A DNA stretch of 62,105 bases, the filler included, from Basidiobolus ranarum (lineage: Eukaryota): the NCBI GenBank assembly GCA_040143965.1. It is 15 parts of 15 records of this genome, joined end to end, with 100 filler letters (N's around TTAATTAATTAA, not from the genome) between each part and the next. Parts side by side here need not be neighbours in the genome. Positions count along the whole stretch, not along the records: positions 33,238 to 37,280 come from JASJQH010009017.1; positions 37,381 to 41,422 come from JASJQH010009018.1; positions 41,523 to 45,562 come from JASJQH010009019.1; positions 45,663 to 49,701 come from JASJQH010009020.1; 11 more parts are not named here. One strand, 5' to 3'. Both the position numbers and the translations under genes were made by a program. Position 1 is the stretch's first letter, and the number at the start of each line of letters is the position of its first letter. The notes beneath the pieces are model-generated. The model saw only the letters and a program-made list of their open reading frames with translations, made no database searches and was not told the origin of the DNA. Shown here piece by piece: positions 35,843 to 49,600 of the stretch.

Positions 35843-37280
35843 AACTCTGATGCAAAAATAGAAAGGTACAAGGCTAGACTAGTAGCCATAGGCTAATTCC
35901 AAACACCAGGAATGGATTATACAGAAACTTTTGCTCCAGCAGCAAAGTTGAATTCAACTAGATTGATTTTGAAATTTCAGCTAAATATCAGTTTAGTAAA
36001 TATCCAATGGATGTTAAAACTGCTTTTTTAAAATGTGAGTTTGCTGAGGAGATCTATATGGACCAGCCAGATGGATTTGTGGATCCAGGAAACCCTCCAA
36101 AAGTTTACAAACTCTGGAACACACTCTATGGCTTATAACAATTTCCAAGAGCTTGGAATTGCAGGTTAGATGCTTTTTTGAAAACACTCAAATTTCAAAA
36201 GAGTTATGCTTACTATAGTATCTATTTCAGGCCAGATAAGACAAACCCAGCTTTATTAGCCTTATATGTAGATGACCTTATTATAGCCACCAATGACTTG
36301 AAGACTTTTGAGAAAAATCAAATCCAGCTTATCTACCAAATTCAAAATGACTGAACTTGGTAAACTCATGTACTATCTGGAAATCCAAATTAAGATTGAT
36401 AGAACTACCAAAACATTAACTTTATACAGTTCAAGTACATCCTAGATGAATTAAACAAGTTTAAAATGGAAGAATATAATCCTGTATCTACTGTAATCAA
36501 GACAAATCTTAACTTGACCAAAAATGGCTTAAATCAGATAATTTGGATGCAAAAATGGAAGCAAGATGTTTCCTTATCAATATACAGTTGGTAGTTTAAT
36601 GTATATCATGGTTGGAAAATAGCCAAATATTGCATATTCTGTGGGTGTTATCTGTCATTATATTCAAAATTATGGATCTGATCAAATCATAGCAGTTGAA
36701 TGAATTTTCAGATATTTGAAAGGTACAGTGGATTTGTGCTTAAAATACACATATTCCAGATTAAACTTTGATCTGATGGGATATTCAGATGCAAATTGGG
36801 GATGAGATATTGAAGAGAGGAGAGCTACAATAGTATACTTATTTCTTCACTGTAATGGAGCTATTTCTTTGAACTCAAAGAAATAACCTAGTGTTGCACT
36901 TTAAACAACTGAAGTTGAATACATGGCTGCCTGTGAAGCAACAAAAGAAGCAACATGGTTAAGAGAGCTTGGAACAGGTTAAGGTTTTTCACAAAATTCC
37001 CTAACTGCAACATTTTAAGATAATCAAAGTTGTAACAATTTAGCTAAAAATCCTATGTTTCATAATAGAAGCAAACATACAGATATCAATATATTATCCA
37101 TTATTCTTGATTGGTATTAACTTAGAATTTCTTCACCAACTTCAAAGTTCTCAGATATATAAATTTTTCAAACTTATGCTAGAAGCCCTCAACTTTGCAT
37201 ACATGTTCCTGGGACCTTTTTTAACACATTCCACATGTGAGTTTGTTTTTGTCTTGACAAAACTATAAATGTCAACTTTC
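35843..37280 (+). mobile_element. Decayed Copia family A RT-RNase H and partial LTR (about 37089-37280)
   Basis: ERYKARLVA, MDVKTAFL, ALYVDDLII, GYSDANWG; closely matches 20798-21150. Confidence 0.9.
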
Positions 37281-37380
37281 NNNNNNNNNNNNNNNNNNNN
37301 NNNNNNNNNNNNNNNNNNNNNNNNTTAATTAATTAANNNNNNNNNNNNNNNNNNNNNNNNNNNNNNNNNNNNNNNNNNNN

Positions 37381-38338
37381 AGCCAATATCTCAAAAATCC
37401 AGAATCTGAGCACTAAACTGCAGTAAAGCAAATATTCAGGTATTTGAGAGGAATTGTAGATCTAGTTCTGGAGCACTCTGCCAATCCTGATGCATGAAAT
37501 TTTGATGGCTTCAGTGATGCACACTGTGGAAGAAACCTTGATGATCAAAGTTCAACAACTGGGTACACTTTCTATATGGGAAATGAGCCATGACTTGGAA
37601 TAGTAAGAAGCAACCAACTCTAGCACTTTTGCTACAGAAGCAGAGTTTATGGCTGCCACTGCTACTACGCAAGAAGCTATGTGGTTAAGGAAGTTACTTA
37701 CAGACCTGGGATACATGCAAAAACATGCTATTAGTGTATTTGAAGATAAGTAAAGTTGTATTTCATTAACCAAATCCCTATAATTCATGCTAGAACAAAG
37801 CATATAGATATTAGGCATCACTCAGTTAGAGAAGAAATAGAGAATGCTACAATTGAACTCATCTAGGGCCCTAATGAAGAATTAATTGCTAACATCTTAA
37901 CCAAGCCTTTGACTAAAGCAAAATTTGAATTATGAAGATATAAGCTAGGTTTATGCAAAATATAAAATAATTAGTTGTGTTGCAATGCTGAAATTAAGTA
38001 ATTAGCAACTCCTTACTCAGTAGTTGATTTATTCATATTCATTATGATTATTAATATTCAATTCTGCCATTCAAGAGCATGTGTTTATTGCTCTAATTGA
38101 TTGAAGTATCAATCAGATCACTCTTACCAATTTTGACTATTTTCCAAACTACCTCAAATCATCTCAAATTTTTACCCATGCTTAACAGGCATGTTTGTTA
38201 TGATCTAAGCATCCTCAATAGTTTTATTTCATACAAAACTATCAATAGGACATATTCAATTTAATAGAACATAAGTCTTTAATTCACAAATCCAAATCTT
38301 GTCCAAAACACCTCCAAATGCCCTAAACACTTTTAGCA
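37381..38338 (+). mobile_element. Copia family B RNase H and 3' LTR (37986-38338)
   Basis: Homologous to 31920-32880 and 55480-56430. Confidence 0.88.
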
Positions 38339-38339
38339 A

Positions 38340-39125
38340 ATAAATGGTCTTGCATCCACTACAAGTATGAAGTAAGTTGTACACAGTTTGGCTTTGAGCT
38401 TCTTGAGCATTATCACAGTGCCAAGTAGCTGTCTGTAGATCTGGAATATCTCTGCTCCTTAGAGTTGAATAAACAGCTTATGAATCTTGCAGCATAGAGG
38501 TTATCTGCTTGATTATTTTGGCCTAAGAGAAATACTACTCCAATAGTATATATATTCTGATTCAGCTTGCCGTTGTGATTCGGTTTTCTCTCTTGATTGG
38601 GATTGAAAGGAAATACCTTAATTCATGCCTACCAGTCATGTGACAATAGTTTGATAAGTTTCTTTTTGCGCTTAGGTGCTTCTAGATCATTTGTGGTGAC
38701 AATCAAGTCATTAATATATCATATCAGATAAGGATCTTATTTCTAGTTGCTTTGATATAACTACTGTGCTCAACTGTGCATCTTTGAATTGCAGTGATTT
38801 CAAGTAGGTATCTATCTTGTTGATCAATTCCCTGGGTGCTTGCTTAAGTCCTTATAGCATCTTTTGCAGCTTACAGGCCATATCATGGTGCTTAGGGTTT
38901 ACTAATCAAATCTGGTTGTTCCATATAGATGTTTTTTTCTTGATTGCTGATTGTGCTTTCTGGACCCATTATTGTTAATGTAGCTTTTGATCATTTAACA
39001 TTGATTTTGCTATCTCTACTGTGGTGCTATTAGCACATTCTGCGATTCTGTTTTGCTGTAAACCAAAAGGTACAGTGGTTTGTTATTTGATTCCATGTTT
39101 TGACTGTTATAATCAGGTAAATAGT
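38340..39125 (-). mobile_element. Inverted Copia pol fragments (integrase/RT region)
   Basis: Reverse complement contains the EQPD, GLKQAPR and TYLKSL RT-region remnants. Confidence 0.7.
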
Positions 39126-39129
39126 GATT

Positions 39130-41422
39130 CATCATTTAGTATTCAGTTTGTCCATATTCTGATTATTAGCACTCAATTATGAAACTCAAACACCGGCTTT
39201 TACTGCGGTAATTAATAAAAATATCAATTAGCTTACTGTTACCAATCTTCACTAGTTTATCTAAGCTTCTCCAAATCACTTCAAATTTTGACCCATGCTC
39301 TACTGATATCTTTGTTATGATTTAATCATATCCAAGAGTCCAACTTCATAGTAAAACACAAATAAGGTGCATTCAATTCAATCTAACTTTAGTGTCTAAA
39401 TACAAATTAATATCTAGTCTAAAACACTTTCCAAATCCTAAACACTTTTATCTTGTTATGAGCCCCAAGCTAGCTGTTAAAGAGATGTCTACCAGTAGTA
39501 TTGTCAATGTCTTTGCATTTAAAGGGAAGTTTGATTGTGAAGACTTTCACCTTTGGAAGTTCAAGTTGCAAATGGTGCTAGAAGACAAGGACCTTTAGGG
39601 ATTTGTTACATGAGAAGAAATAGAGCCAAAGGGACCACCAGAAGCTATCCTTGCCTTTCACAAGAAGCAGAGGAAAGCACTTTCAACAATTTGTCTACAT
39701 CCCAGAGACTCTCAATTGAGGCACAAGCACTGAGCCACAAACATCCAAACTGTTTGGGTAGCACTTGAGGCACTATATAAGACTCAAAGACTTGCTAACA
39801 GGCTATGTCTTAGATGACTGTTATGCTCAATTAAGATGAATCATGATGCTACTATGGCTAATCATATTAATTGAATCCTAAGTAGTTCAGAAGACCTTTG
39901 ATCCATTGGAGCACCTCTAAATGAAGATAACTTAGCTAAGACACTACATGGGAGCCTGCCTGACAAGTTTGGGTACCTTATGATTGCCCTGCAATCAAGA
40001 TCTGGGCCTTTAACAATGGAATATGTTGGTGCTGGGCTTTTGAATGAGGATTTAAGGAGATCTAATTCTCAGCAAAATCATGCAGATCAGGCCTTTTTTT
40101 AACTTTAATATGTCCAACAGGCTTCAATAATAGTGCCTCCAATAGGAAACCCATTATCTGCAAGAATTGTAAGAAATCAGGTCATTTAATCAAAGCTTGC
40201 AGCTACACGATGTTTGCCAAAAAGCTAAAATTCAAACAGTAAAATCAAGTATGCACTGATAGGGCTCACCTTTTGGTGTCTGCCCTATCAGCAACCACTG
40301 AAGAAGACTCAGAAGCATAGTACAATGATTCAGTAGTTCCCATCATATTTCAAACAAAATACATTGGTCTTCTTGCTTAAAACACATCCAAATATGGGAG
40401 CCCTACCTAGGTGATGACTAAGCACTTGATGCAGTTGGTAAGGTCACAGGTATGCCCAATTTTGACCAAAATTCAGCTATGCAATCTGCAAAATTGAATG
40501 ATGTAATCTATGTACCAAATACAGCCAAGAATCTACTCTCAGTAAGGCAAGCAACAACTCAAGTATTAAATCTTATGCTTAGCAATGCTTGATGAATTAT
40601 CACGTATAAAAAAATACAAAATTAGTAACTGGGATCAAAACCCAAAACTTATACTTGCTACAAATCTACAAATTATGTTCTGAGCATGCAAACTTGGTCA
40701 AAACCAGTGAAATGAGCTGTCAAATGTGCAATAGATGAATAGGCTGCATTTGGCAACAAAAGCTGACCCAAATGATCTAAATTAGCTTGTAACAAACTCA
40801 GATATTGAAAATATCAACAAATTACATTGTGAGCATGCAACTTGGCTAAAACCAGTGAAATAAGCTGCAAACAAGGAATAGAATTTTAGGCCACAGTGAG
40901 GAGCTAAATTTAACCCAACTGAACCAAGATCAGCTTATTTCAGGCTTAGCAATTGAAATGTCACTAAATTAGATATATGTTAAGTTTGCATATCTGGAAA
41001 ACATCACAGAAAGCCCTGGTGATTTCAAATTCACCTTGAATCTTACCCTCATTCATTTTGACCTATGTGACCCTGTGAAAAATGTCAAACTGGGTGGCAA
41101 AACATACTTTCTGAGATTTATTGCTGATAAAAAAGATAGACATAGGTATTCTTTCTCTAATCAAAATCTGAAGCCTTAGCTACACTCAAGCACTACCAAG
41201 CAATGGTAGAGAAAGAATCAGCATTTAGAATAAGGATACTAAGGAGTGATAATGGTGGAGTATACTGCTCTAAATACATTGCTACTGTGTGTTCTAAACA
41301 TGTTATTAAGCAACAAACTATGGTACCTCTGACTCCACAGCAGAATGGAGCTGCAGAACAAGCTAACAAGACCATAGTGGAGATGGAAAGATTAATGTCA
41401 CATGATTGAATAATAAGATTTT
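39130..41422 (+). mobile_element. Copia family B partial 5' LTR, PBS (39454-39465), gag with CCHC knuckle, protease and integrase start
   Basis: MSPKLAVKEMST..FHLWKFKLQMVLEDKDL; ICKNCKKSGHLIKAC at ~40155-40200; LRSDNGGVYCS..TPQQNGAAE. Confidence 0.9.
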
Positions 41423-41522
41423 NNNNNNNNNNNNNNNNNNNNNNNNNNNNNNNNNNNNNNNNNNNNTTAATTAATTAANNNNNNNNNNNNNNNNNNNNNN
41501 NNNNNNNNNNNNNNNNNNNNNN

Positions 41523-41674
41523 CTGGGATTTTTTTAACACATTCTACATTAGTCTGCTTATATCTTGATAAAACTAAATATGCCAATTTTCTACTCAATA
41601 AATCCATAAGTGAAAACCAAAAATATCTCTAATTCTCCAAACCACTTCCAACCACCTCCCATAATACTTCAACA
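41523..41674 (+). mobile_element. Copia family A LTR 3' half
   Basis: Ends ...ataatacttcaaca; matches 21520-21672. Confidence 0.85.
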
Positions 41675-43182
41675 AAGTACTATAATTTATGTACATTTAG
41701 CAAAAGCTACTCGTTATACAAAACCTAGGCATTACAATAGGTATTTACAATTTTGTTCTTAAGAATTATTTTGTGTAAAACCTAACTGCTACCTAGTGAT
41801 AGAAGGAAGAATAATTAAAATAGATTTCTCTAAGTGCTTGAATTTGTGAAAGGGTTTTAGATACAAATAAAAAATCTCAATAAATAATTATTTCTTTATA
41901 AATGAAGAAACAAATATCACAGGATACTTTGCAGGATGACATTTGGGAAATTGTGGACTTCTATGTAATTTTGTCTTTTCTATGTACTCCAGGTTAAACT
42001 AATTTCTGATTCAATTACAACATATACAAGAATGACATATAGTCTATATTTGATGTGTAAAAGATTTGGGTTCAGCACTCTAAACTATCAATAATTATGA
42101 GCAAGCACACAATTGAAGCTAGATTCAGGTTTGCTACTTTATGGCCATTGGAATCATCCCTTTTTTTGCATGTGCCAAGTGAAATAAATGGCAAATCTAA
42201 AATAAATTATTGAATGCTACCAATCTGTTCATATTTTTTGTAGTTGTCATCAGTATGCCATTCTAATATACAAGATTCAATTTCGGCTCAATTCCTAAAA
42301 AGTAATAGAATAATGTATCGTGAGTAGAAAAGTAAATATTGCAAGCTTGCTACTCGATGAATAACAATGTGAATGAAGATGTCTGTGATATGGATGCACT
42401 TAATTCATTTGATAATACAATTTCAGTTTATCCCCATCTCAAATAGTTAAAACCACGTATGTGTATAGCTACCATGTAATCAAAGAAAAAGATTTCTACT
42501 TTCTCAATTGGATTTATTCTCTTCGATATTCAAAGCAACATATGAGGAGTCTTATAGGAAAATTCTTACTCCAGGTATATGCTGCTACCAATAAGCTACA
42601 AGACGCTACTTGTGCTCACTTCGCTTTAGATTACTCACTGATATATTCTAATTTAGTCATGCAATAAGTCAACAAAATAGGAAATTCCTCCACGTAACGC
42701 TTATAATCATAATAAGAGCTACAGTTCATCGGTGGGAAAAATTGGTGTCTCATGGCGATCGTGACTCCGCTTCACATAGCTCCGATGAGATCCAGTAACA
42801 TTGAATTCATAATATGGGTGGGGATTCATCACTTATTTTATACTAGCTTTTACCCAATTGACGGATGGGTTTAATGTGCTTTACAGACACTTTTTTAGCT
42901 CACGTCCCAGGGAATTAGTTTAGTGCTCTATCGCCACATAAACAGATTAATCTATTCATATCAGGAGCATATAATAGAAGAACAGTGTCAAATTGAGTTC
43001 AAATCGGGGATTTTCATCGATGCAGAATACCAACAACCAATGTTCCAGTTACTGGACGTACGCGGACGTCTATAGGACTCAGGCAATTACCAATCAAAGC
43101 AGTATTTCTATATTATATATTAATGCTAATATCGATAACACTGCAAGTAATGCTAATATCAAGATACTGTATATAATGATCA

Positions 43183-43222
43183 TTGCTCGCGGTACACTGC
43201 TCGCGGTACACTGCTCGCGGTA
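43183..43222 (+). repeat. 14-bp tandem repeat (ctgctcgcggtaca) x ~3
   Basis: Directly visible. Confidence 0.85.
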
Positions 43223-43798
43223 TACCAATCCTATCTTATTGGATGTAAAGTGACATAAACAAAAACCACATTATGCCCGTCGTATTCATCCCAATTGTAC
43301 TCCCATATGCTGAATCATAGACTACGATGACAGTGACGTCGTGATCATTGTTCGAGATTATTACTAATAACCCTCTATGATCGGTACCTCTCATATGAGG
43401 TATCCAGTTAGATCATATCCATCGAATATATATTTGCTTGCATGGTTTGAATGAATCGGAAGGTATACAGTGTATCTCAGTTTGGTATGAGGAAGACCCC
43501 ACCAATCAGCCAGTAGAGAAGATAGGCTCAACGCAGCACAGATCACCGATACAAGCAACCACGAGACAGCTCAAACGGGGTTTATGAAATTCATTTAATA
43601 GCTGACCTTGACTAATATTGAATTACCGTTTTAGTCCTTATCGGGTAGAAATAAAGTCTTTGGTACCACGCACACAATCACTACTAGGTCTTGAATGACG
43701 TTTCGTTATATCATTAGTATGTAGGACAAAAAGTAGAGGAGCTTCGACTATATATAGGTTGATTTCGCATCAGACCCCGCAACAATTCGAAATTCATT

Positions 43799-45562
43799 AT
43801 GCAGAAAAAGGCTATTGTCTTGCTAAGTTTCCTTGTGGGAACCGAGTTGGTTTTCTCCCAGATGTGCGCTCTTGAGAAGGGAATCCTTGGCTCCACTGAT
43901 GGCTCTGCCAAGAAGAAACAACTTGATGAGTTTACTATTGATAATGCCAATACGCACGAAACGACCAACTTTGGTCTCAAGGTTGGCCATTAAACTCTCC
44001 ATTATGCACTGTCGCACCTGATGACTAACATTTTTTTGCATAGATCAATAACACAAACAGCTTAAAAGCTGGTCTAAGAGGTCCTACCCTCTTGGAGGAT
44101 TTCCAATTACGTGAAAAGATCATGCATTTTGGTAAGCTTGTAAAATAATCTGTATCAACATATATCGTCTAATATCTTCAATTGCTAGATCATGAACGTA
44201 TTCCCGAACGTGTTGTCCATGCTCGTGGTGTTGGGGCTCATGGATATTTCCAGTCGTATGGAGATTACTCAAATATTACAGCTGCCAAGTTTCTACGCAA
44301 TCCAGATGTCAAAACCCCCGTATTTGTCAGATTTTCAACAGTTCTAGGCTCTCGTGGATCTGCTGATACTGTGAGAGATGTTCGTGGATTTGCTACACGC
44401 TTTTATACGGAGGAGGGGCTCTTTGATATTGGTAAACTTTGAGGATCAGATAATATGTTGAGTCGCTATTTACTAACATGATATATATTTTTAAATTGAC
44501 CTATTAGTTGGCAACGATATCCCCGTATTCTTTATTCAAGGTACGTACCCAGTACATTAAACATCTATGAAGTTGCTTCTGGATACTTATTTATTACAAA
44601 TATTCAAGATGCTATCAAGTTCCCTGACCTTATTCACGCTGCAAAACCAGAGCCGGATACAGAGATGCCCCAAGCTGGTACTGCTCATGACACAACTTAT
44701 GACTTCTTTTCAGAATTTCCTGAATCTTTACACACCGTACTCTGGGCATTCTCTGGACGTGGTATTCCTCGAAGGTATCTCGAATTACTTGTTATAGATT
44801 TCTTGAAACCTGTACTGATGAAGTATTTAAAATTCAGTCTTCGTATGGTGGAGGGCTTCGGTGTACATACGTTCCGCTTAGTCAATCCTGATGGTAAATC
44901 GGTGTTTGTAAAATGGCATTGGAAACCAGTTCAAGGCTTGGCTACTTTAGTATGGGATGAGGCTCAAAAGATTGGCGGAAAGGACCCAGATTTCCATCGT
45001 AGAGATCTCTATAACGCAATTAACAACGGTGACTATCCTGAATGGGAATTAGGAGTTCAAATAATCCCCGAGGAAGATGAATTTAAATATGATTTTGATC
45101 TATTGGATGCCACTAAAATTGTTCCAGAATCGTTAGTTCCAGTAACTAAGATTGGCAAAATGGTAGTTATTTATTATTATTTTTCATCTTATGATTAGCA
45201 AATTATTTATCGAATTTTGATAGACTTTGAACCGCAATGTCGATAATTATTTCGCAGAGACAGAACAAGTGAGCTTCCATCTTGGCCACATAGTGCCAGG
45301 TATTGATTTCACAAATGATCCACTTTTGCAAGGCCGTCTTTTCAGCTACCTTGATACTCAGTTGAATAGACATGGCAGTGCTAATTATCACCAAATTCCA
45401 ATCAATCGTCCTATCAATGCTGTTCATAATAACCAAAGAGATGGGTTTATGCAAACCACGATAAACAAAGGAAAAGTTGCTTATTATCCCAACAACATGC
45501 AAGGTAATTCCCCTCGAATGGCATCTCCAAAAGATGGCGGCTTCCATGCTTACGCGGATAAA
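43799..45562 (+). CDS. Secreted large-subunit (clade 2) heme catalase, at least 7 exons, 3' end truncated
   Basis: Signal-like N-terminus; [31 protein letters not shown] (distal His), [39 protein letters not shown] (proximal Tyr). Exons about 43799-43981, 44044-44131, 44189-44431, 44508-44540, 44609-44774, 44838-45162, 45224-45562. Confidence 0.95.
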
Positions 45563-45662
45563 NNNNNNNNNNNNNNNNNNNNNNNNNNNNNNNNNNNNNN
45601 NNNNNNTTAATTAATTAANNNNNNNNNNNNNNNNNNNNNNNNNNNNNNNNNNNNNNNNNNNN

Positions 45663-45879
45663 TGCTCAGAGTTATATGTCGAAGTGAATATTCCAGAGCG
45701 ATTCTTCGACTGTCAATAACTTGTTGAGTATCCCCCGTTTTAAAAACGGAAAAATGTTCTTTAACTTTCTCATGTGTATTGGTATTATTCGCTGAGATTT
45801 CGGAATCTGTAGAGAAATTGGCTATGAAATTTTCAACTTGAGCGAGAGTTTCACTTTTAAGACTCTCAAATAGTTCCAT
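45663..45879 (-). CDS. 5' end of a gene divergent from Tra2, possibly THO complex subunit 1-like
   Basis: Open frame from ATG 45879 to the contig edge (MELFESLKSETLAQV...RRIALEYSLR); the identity is only a weak resemblance. Confidence 0.35.
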
Positions 45880-46296
45880 TTTGAGGATTGAGAGAAAAGT
45901 ATTTTCTACGCGTTAACTATCGAAGGAATATAGTAACGAATATTATATTAGTGTCACATGACCTTGGATTATTGAATGTATGCTTAATCAATTTGTGGTC
46001 TCAAATTACTTATGGATTACCATCAGTTAGTATGTAACCATAAATTAGTTTACATGAATATTGATTAGTGTCAGGTAACAAAATTATGGATATACATTTT
46101 CTCGGGTATATCTTGAAAATACAGATCTGATGCATTCCTATCAATTGAGGGAATCTTAAAAAATTTTGAGCATCATTTAATTTTTTTTTACAGTCGAACT
46201 CATCACGTGTAGTCATCACTTTAAAACAAACAGTTCCTTTGAATCCCTAAATCTGGTGATAAGGTATTGATTTCTGTTCATTCCTCTGTCTTAAAT

Positions 46297-47410
46297 ATGG
46301 CTTCGAACGGGGAAGTAAGTGTGCCAATATTATACTTTTCTTCCGGGGTCATTATTTATATGATTTTTTAATTTAGAATTTCGATATTGCTGCAGTTCCA
46401 GCTCCTGAAAATGCTTCTGAACGAAGCCCCGAAGATGTCAAATCGGAAGATCCAGCTCCAAGAGATAATTCTAGGGAAAGGACAAGAGATGATTCTAGGG
46501 AAAGAGTAAGAGAGGATTCCAGAGAAAGAACAAGAGAGAGATCTAGAGAAAGATCAAAAAGTTATCGTAGTAGATCTAGAGACAGACGCGATAGACATCG
46601 TAGTAGATCCAGAGACCGATCTGGCGAAAGATCCCGTGACAGACGTAGAGATCGTTCTAATGATAGATATCGGGATTACCGTGACTCACGCAATGATCGT
46701 AGTAGCCGTCGTCGCCGCTCTAGGTTAGATTTTTATAATAGTTGCATCATGTTTTAGTTTGTAGTATTTAGTTGTTATTTTTGAATAGATCACGTAGCCC
46801 CCCTAGACGCAGACAACGTAGCCGTAGCCCTCCCCGTAGAAAGGTATGTGAGTTATATATTTTCTTTTAATGGTGGCTGATCTGACTCGATTTGAATTCT
46901 TATCCGTAGGATACTCCTCCTCCCTCCAAAGTGTTAGGTATTTTTGGACTGAGCTTACGTACTCGCGAAAGAGATCTTGAGGAAATCTTCGACGAGTTTG
47001 GCAAACACGAGAGGGTAACCATTGTGTACGATCATCGTGTAAGTCCGTTTACATCTTATATGACTGTTCTTCAGCATACTAATTGTATATTTGTAGACTG
47101 ACCGTTCTCGTGGCTTTGGCTTTGTTTATTTCGAACATGAAGATGATGCAGCAAAGGCCAAAGAGAAAACCAATGGCCTGGTGGGTGATATAAGCTTATG
47201 TTGTGTTGTGGTTCCACTCACTCATTTATTTTCAATTTTTAGGAGCTTCATGGTAGACGTATGCGCGTCGACTTCTCGATGACACAGAGACCCCATTCTC
47301 CAACTCCTGGCCAGTATATGGGAAGAAAAACTGAGCGTTCAAGCCGCCGTCGCAGCCGATCCAGATCTCGGTCTAGATCCAAGTCGAGAGCAAGAAGTCA
47401 CTCTCGCTAA
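46297..47410 (+). CDS. TRA2: Transformer-2 family SR-like splicing regulator (RS-RRM-RS), 6 exons
   Basis: Spliced: MASNGE / RS-rich exon / ... [28 protein letters not shown] / [20 protein letters not shown] / [35 protein letters not shown]. The RPHxPTPGxYMG motif after the RRM is diagnostic of Tra2. Confidence 0.92.
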
Positions 47411-48687
47411 CCGAGCTTTTAACACTATTTTTTCATGTTTTCCGTCGTTCGAGTTACTTTCTATGTTTGAACAATTTGCACCTACGACCTTTTGCAGTTT
47501 CAAAGTTTTATTCAAGAATATCAAGACGATATTACAGTTAGTACTATCTTGAAACGGTACTCAAAGGTATTGCTGATATTATGGTTGAGAAGTAAATAAT
47601 TTATTAGATCCAATATTTCGCCTTTTGCTTCGTATTCTTTTCTTTTAATACTTGCTACATTTGGTCCAACTTCAGATCGAAAAGCATATAAAAGTGATGC
47701 TTACAAAGAAGATTTGCAAGATGCTGAAAGAACATTCAATAGGCGGGACTCTCGCAGTGCACAACTAATGTTTGCATGTAAGAAGAATAAACCAAGCGGC
47801 AAGACCACATGTTTGAAATATGAATGTTTGGAACCAGCAAGACCACATGTTTGAATACTTTTCGGTTCTTCGTCTGTTGTTCGTGAAGAATGTCAAATCT
47901 AAACTTCAGGTAATGTGCTGACACTACTCATATTTTGTAACTTGGTGTTCTTTCAATAAACGAAGCATCTACTTGGTCTTTCACTGCCACTTTCACTGAT
48001 CAATATATATCGATTAGATATTAATCTGACAGATGAACCCTTCTTAAGTTAGCTATCTGTTATTGGGCAAATCAGTTATCAAATATAATGCTTCTAAGTA
48101 CAATTTGATACACAGCCAAATAACGCTTCATTTTCAACAAGTAATCATTCCTTTGGCAACTCTGCCTAATAGCGGTTAAGGCTCTACCCTGATGTTTCAA
48201 GTATGCTACTATTAGCTACTTTGGCTGAACACCCTCTAGGTTATATCATATCTGCAGGTATTTGGGAGAAAGTCCAGCACTGGGTTCTGTCTAGTTCATT
48301 ATTACTGTTTTTTGTTTTATGTAAAAGGGATGAGACAGAAACTCTCAGGATAATTGATTTTCTCTTACTGTTTATTGGATTAATAACTATGCCCACATCA
48401 GAAATAAAGAAGGCAATACACCTGCATTTCTTGTATGTCAGGAAGCTGAGGAAGAGAAAATTGTGGGTTTTGTGCTAGTTATAATAATACATAAACAAGC
48501 CCATATTTTCTGAATTCATGATCAAATACATTTAACAAGCAATCCCAATATGCTGACATTTTGCTAAAGCTCTAATAGTATCCTGAACTACATTTAAAGC
48601 TTAAGTGGTATCTATAGTAGCTGCCAGTATCAATATATTAATATGTCCAACTACATTACATTGTCTTATCTTTGAAATGCTTGATTG

Positions 48688-49037
48688 TGTTGAAGTATTT
48701 TGGGAGTTTGTTGGAAGTGGTTTGGAGAACTAGAAGAATTGATGGTTTTCACTTGTTGATTTATTGAATTGAAAGTAGACATTTACAGTTTGTCAAGAAG
48801 TAAACAAATAAACGTGTAGAATATGTTAAGGAAGGTCCCAGGAATAAGTGTGCAAATTTGGGGCTTCTAAGACAAGTTATCAAAATCGGTATATCTTAAG
48901 AGCTTCCAAGTTGGTGTCAATATTCTAAGTAAATTCCTCCTGAGAATAGTGAGTGATATCTTATGGAAATACGGAATAACTAAATACTTAGTTATATATG
49001 ACTATATATAGATGTTTAGGCTATGTTAATTTCAACA
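48688..49037 (-). mobile_element. Copia family A solo LTR (350 bp)
   Basis: TGTTGAA termini at both ends, full-length match to 21325-21672; no clear TSD. Confidence 0.9.
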
Positions 49038-49600
49038 ACAACCCCCAATATTCTTACAGTTGGCAACATATTTCCATTATTATTTGTCTTCATTAGTAGG
49101 AAAAGTACTACCAAAATCAGAAAAAATACAAGCTATCCCCATGATTTTCAATTCATTTTAAATCTTGAGTGTTAATGACTTGACCTAAAATGTCACTCAT
49201 GATAGGTATAACAGGCATCTATCAGTCTCTTGACTAATTGGTTTTGTAACATACAGATTGGATATGCTCGAAATGAGAAATCCAAATTAGATTCAGCCTG
49301 TTGCTTGAATGTTTCAATAAATTTCCGATAAAATTGATGGATCTAGGGAAGAAGGGATATATAGCTTGATTAAATAATCTAAACTAAGATATTCTTAAAC
49401 GCTGAAAAAAAAAATCGAAAAAAATGGGCCACAATAATATCCCCTATGAATTCCTGACTTTCTATTAATCAACGATACTTGGTAGCAGAGTCTTTCGCCT
49501 ACGCTCTTGCTGGTAAGGCATGCTGTATAAAATTAACTAGAAAAAAGTTCGGCAACTAAATGATTTGACCCCAGTAGATCTTTCGATTCATATCCCAATA

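Noticed and set aside
47799-47856. 19-bp direct repeat gcaagaccacatgtttgaa
   Set aside because: Only two copies; a local duplication with no further structure.
48683-49042. Target-site duplication around the solo LTR
   Set aside because: The flanks GATTG and ACAAC do not match.
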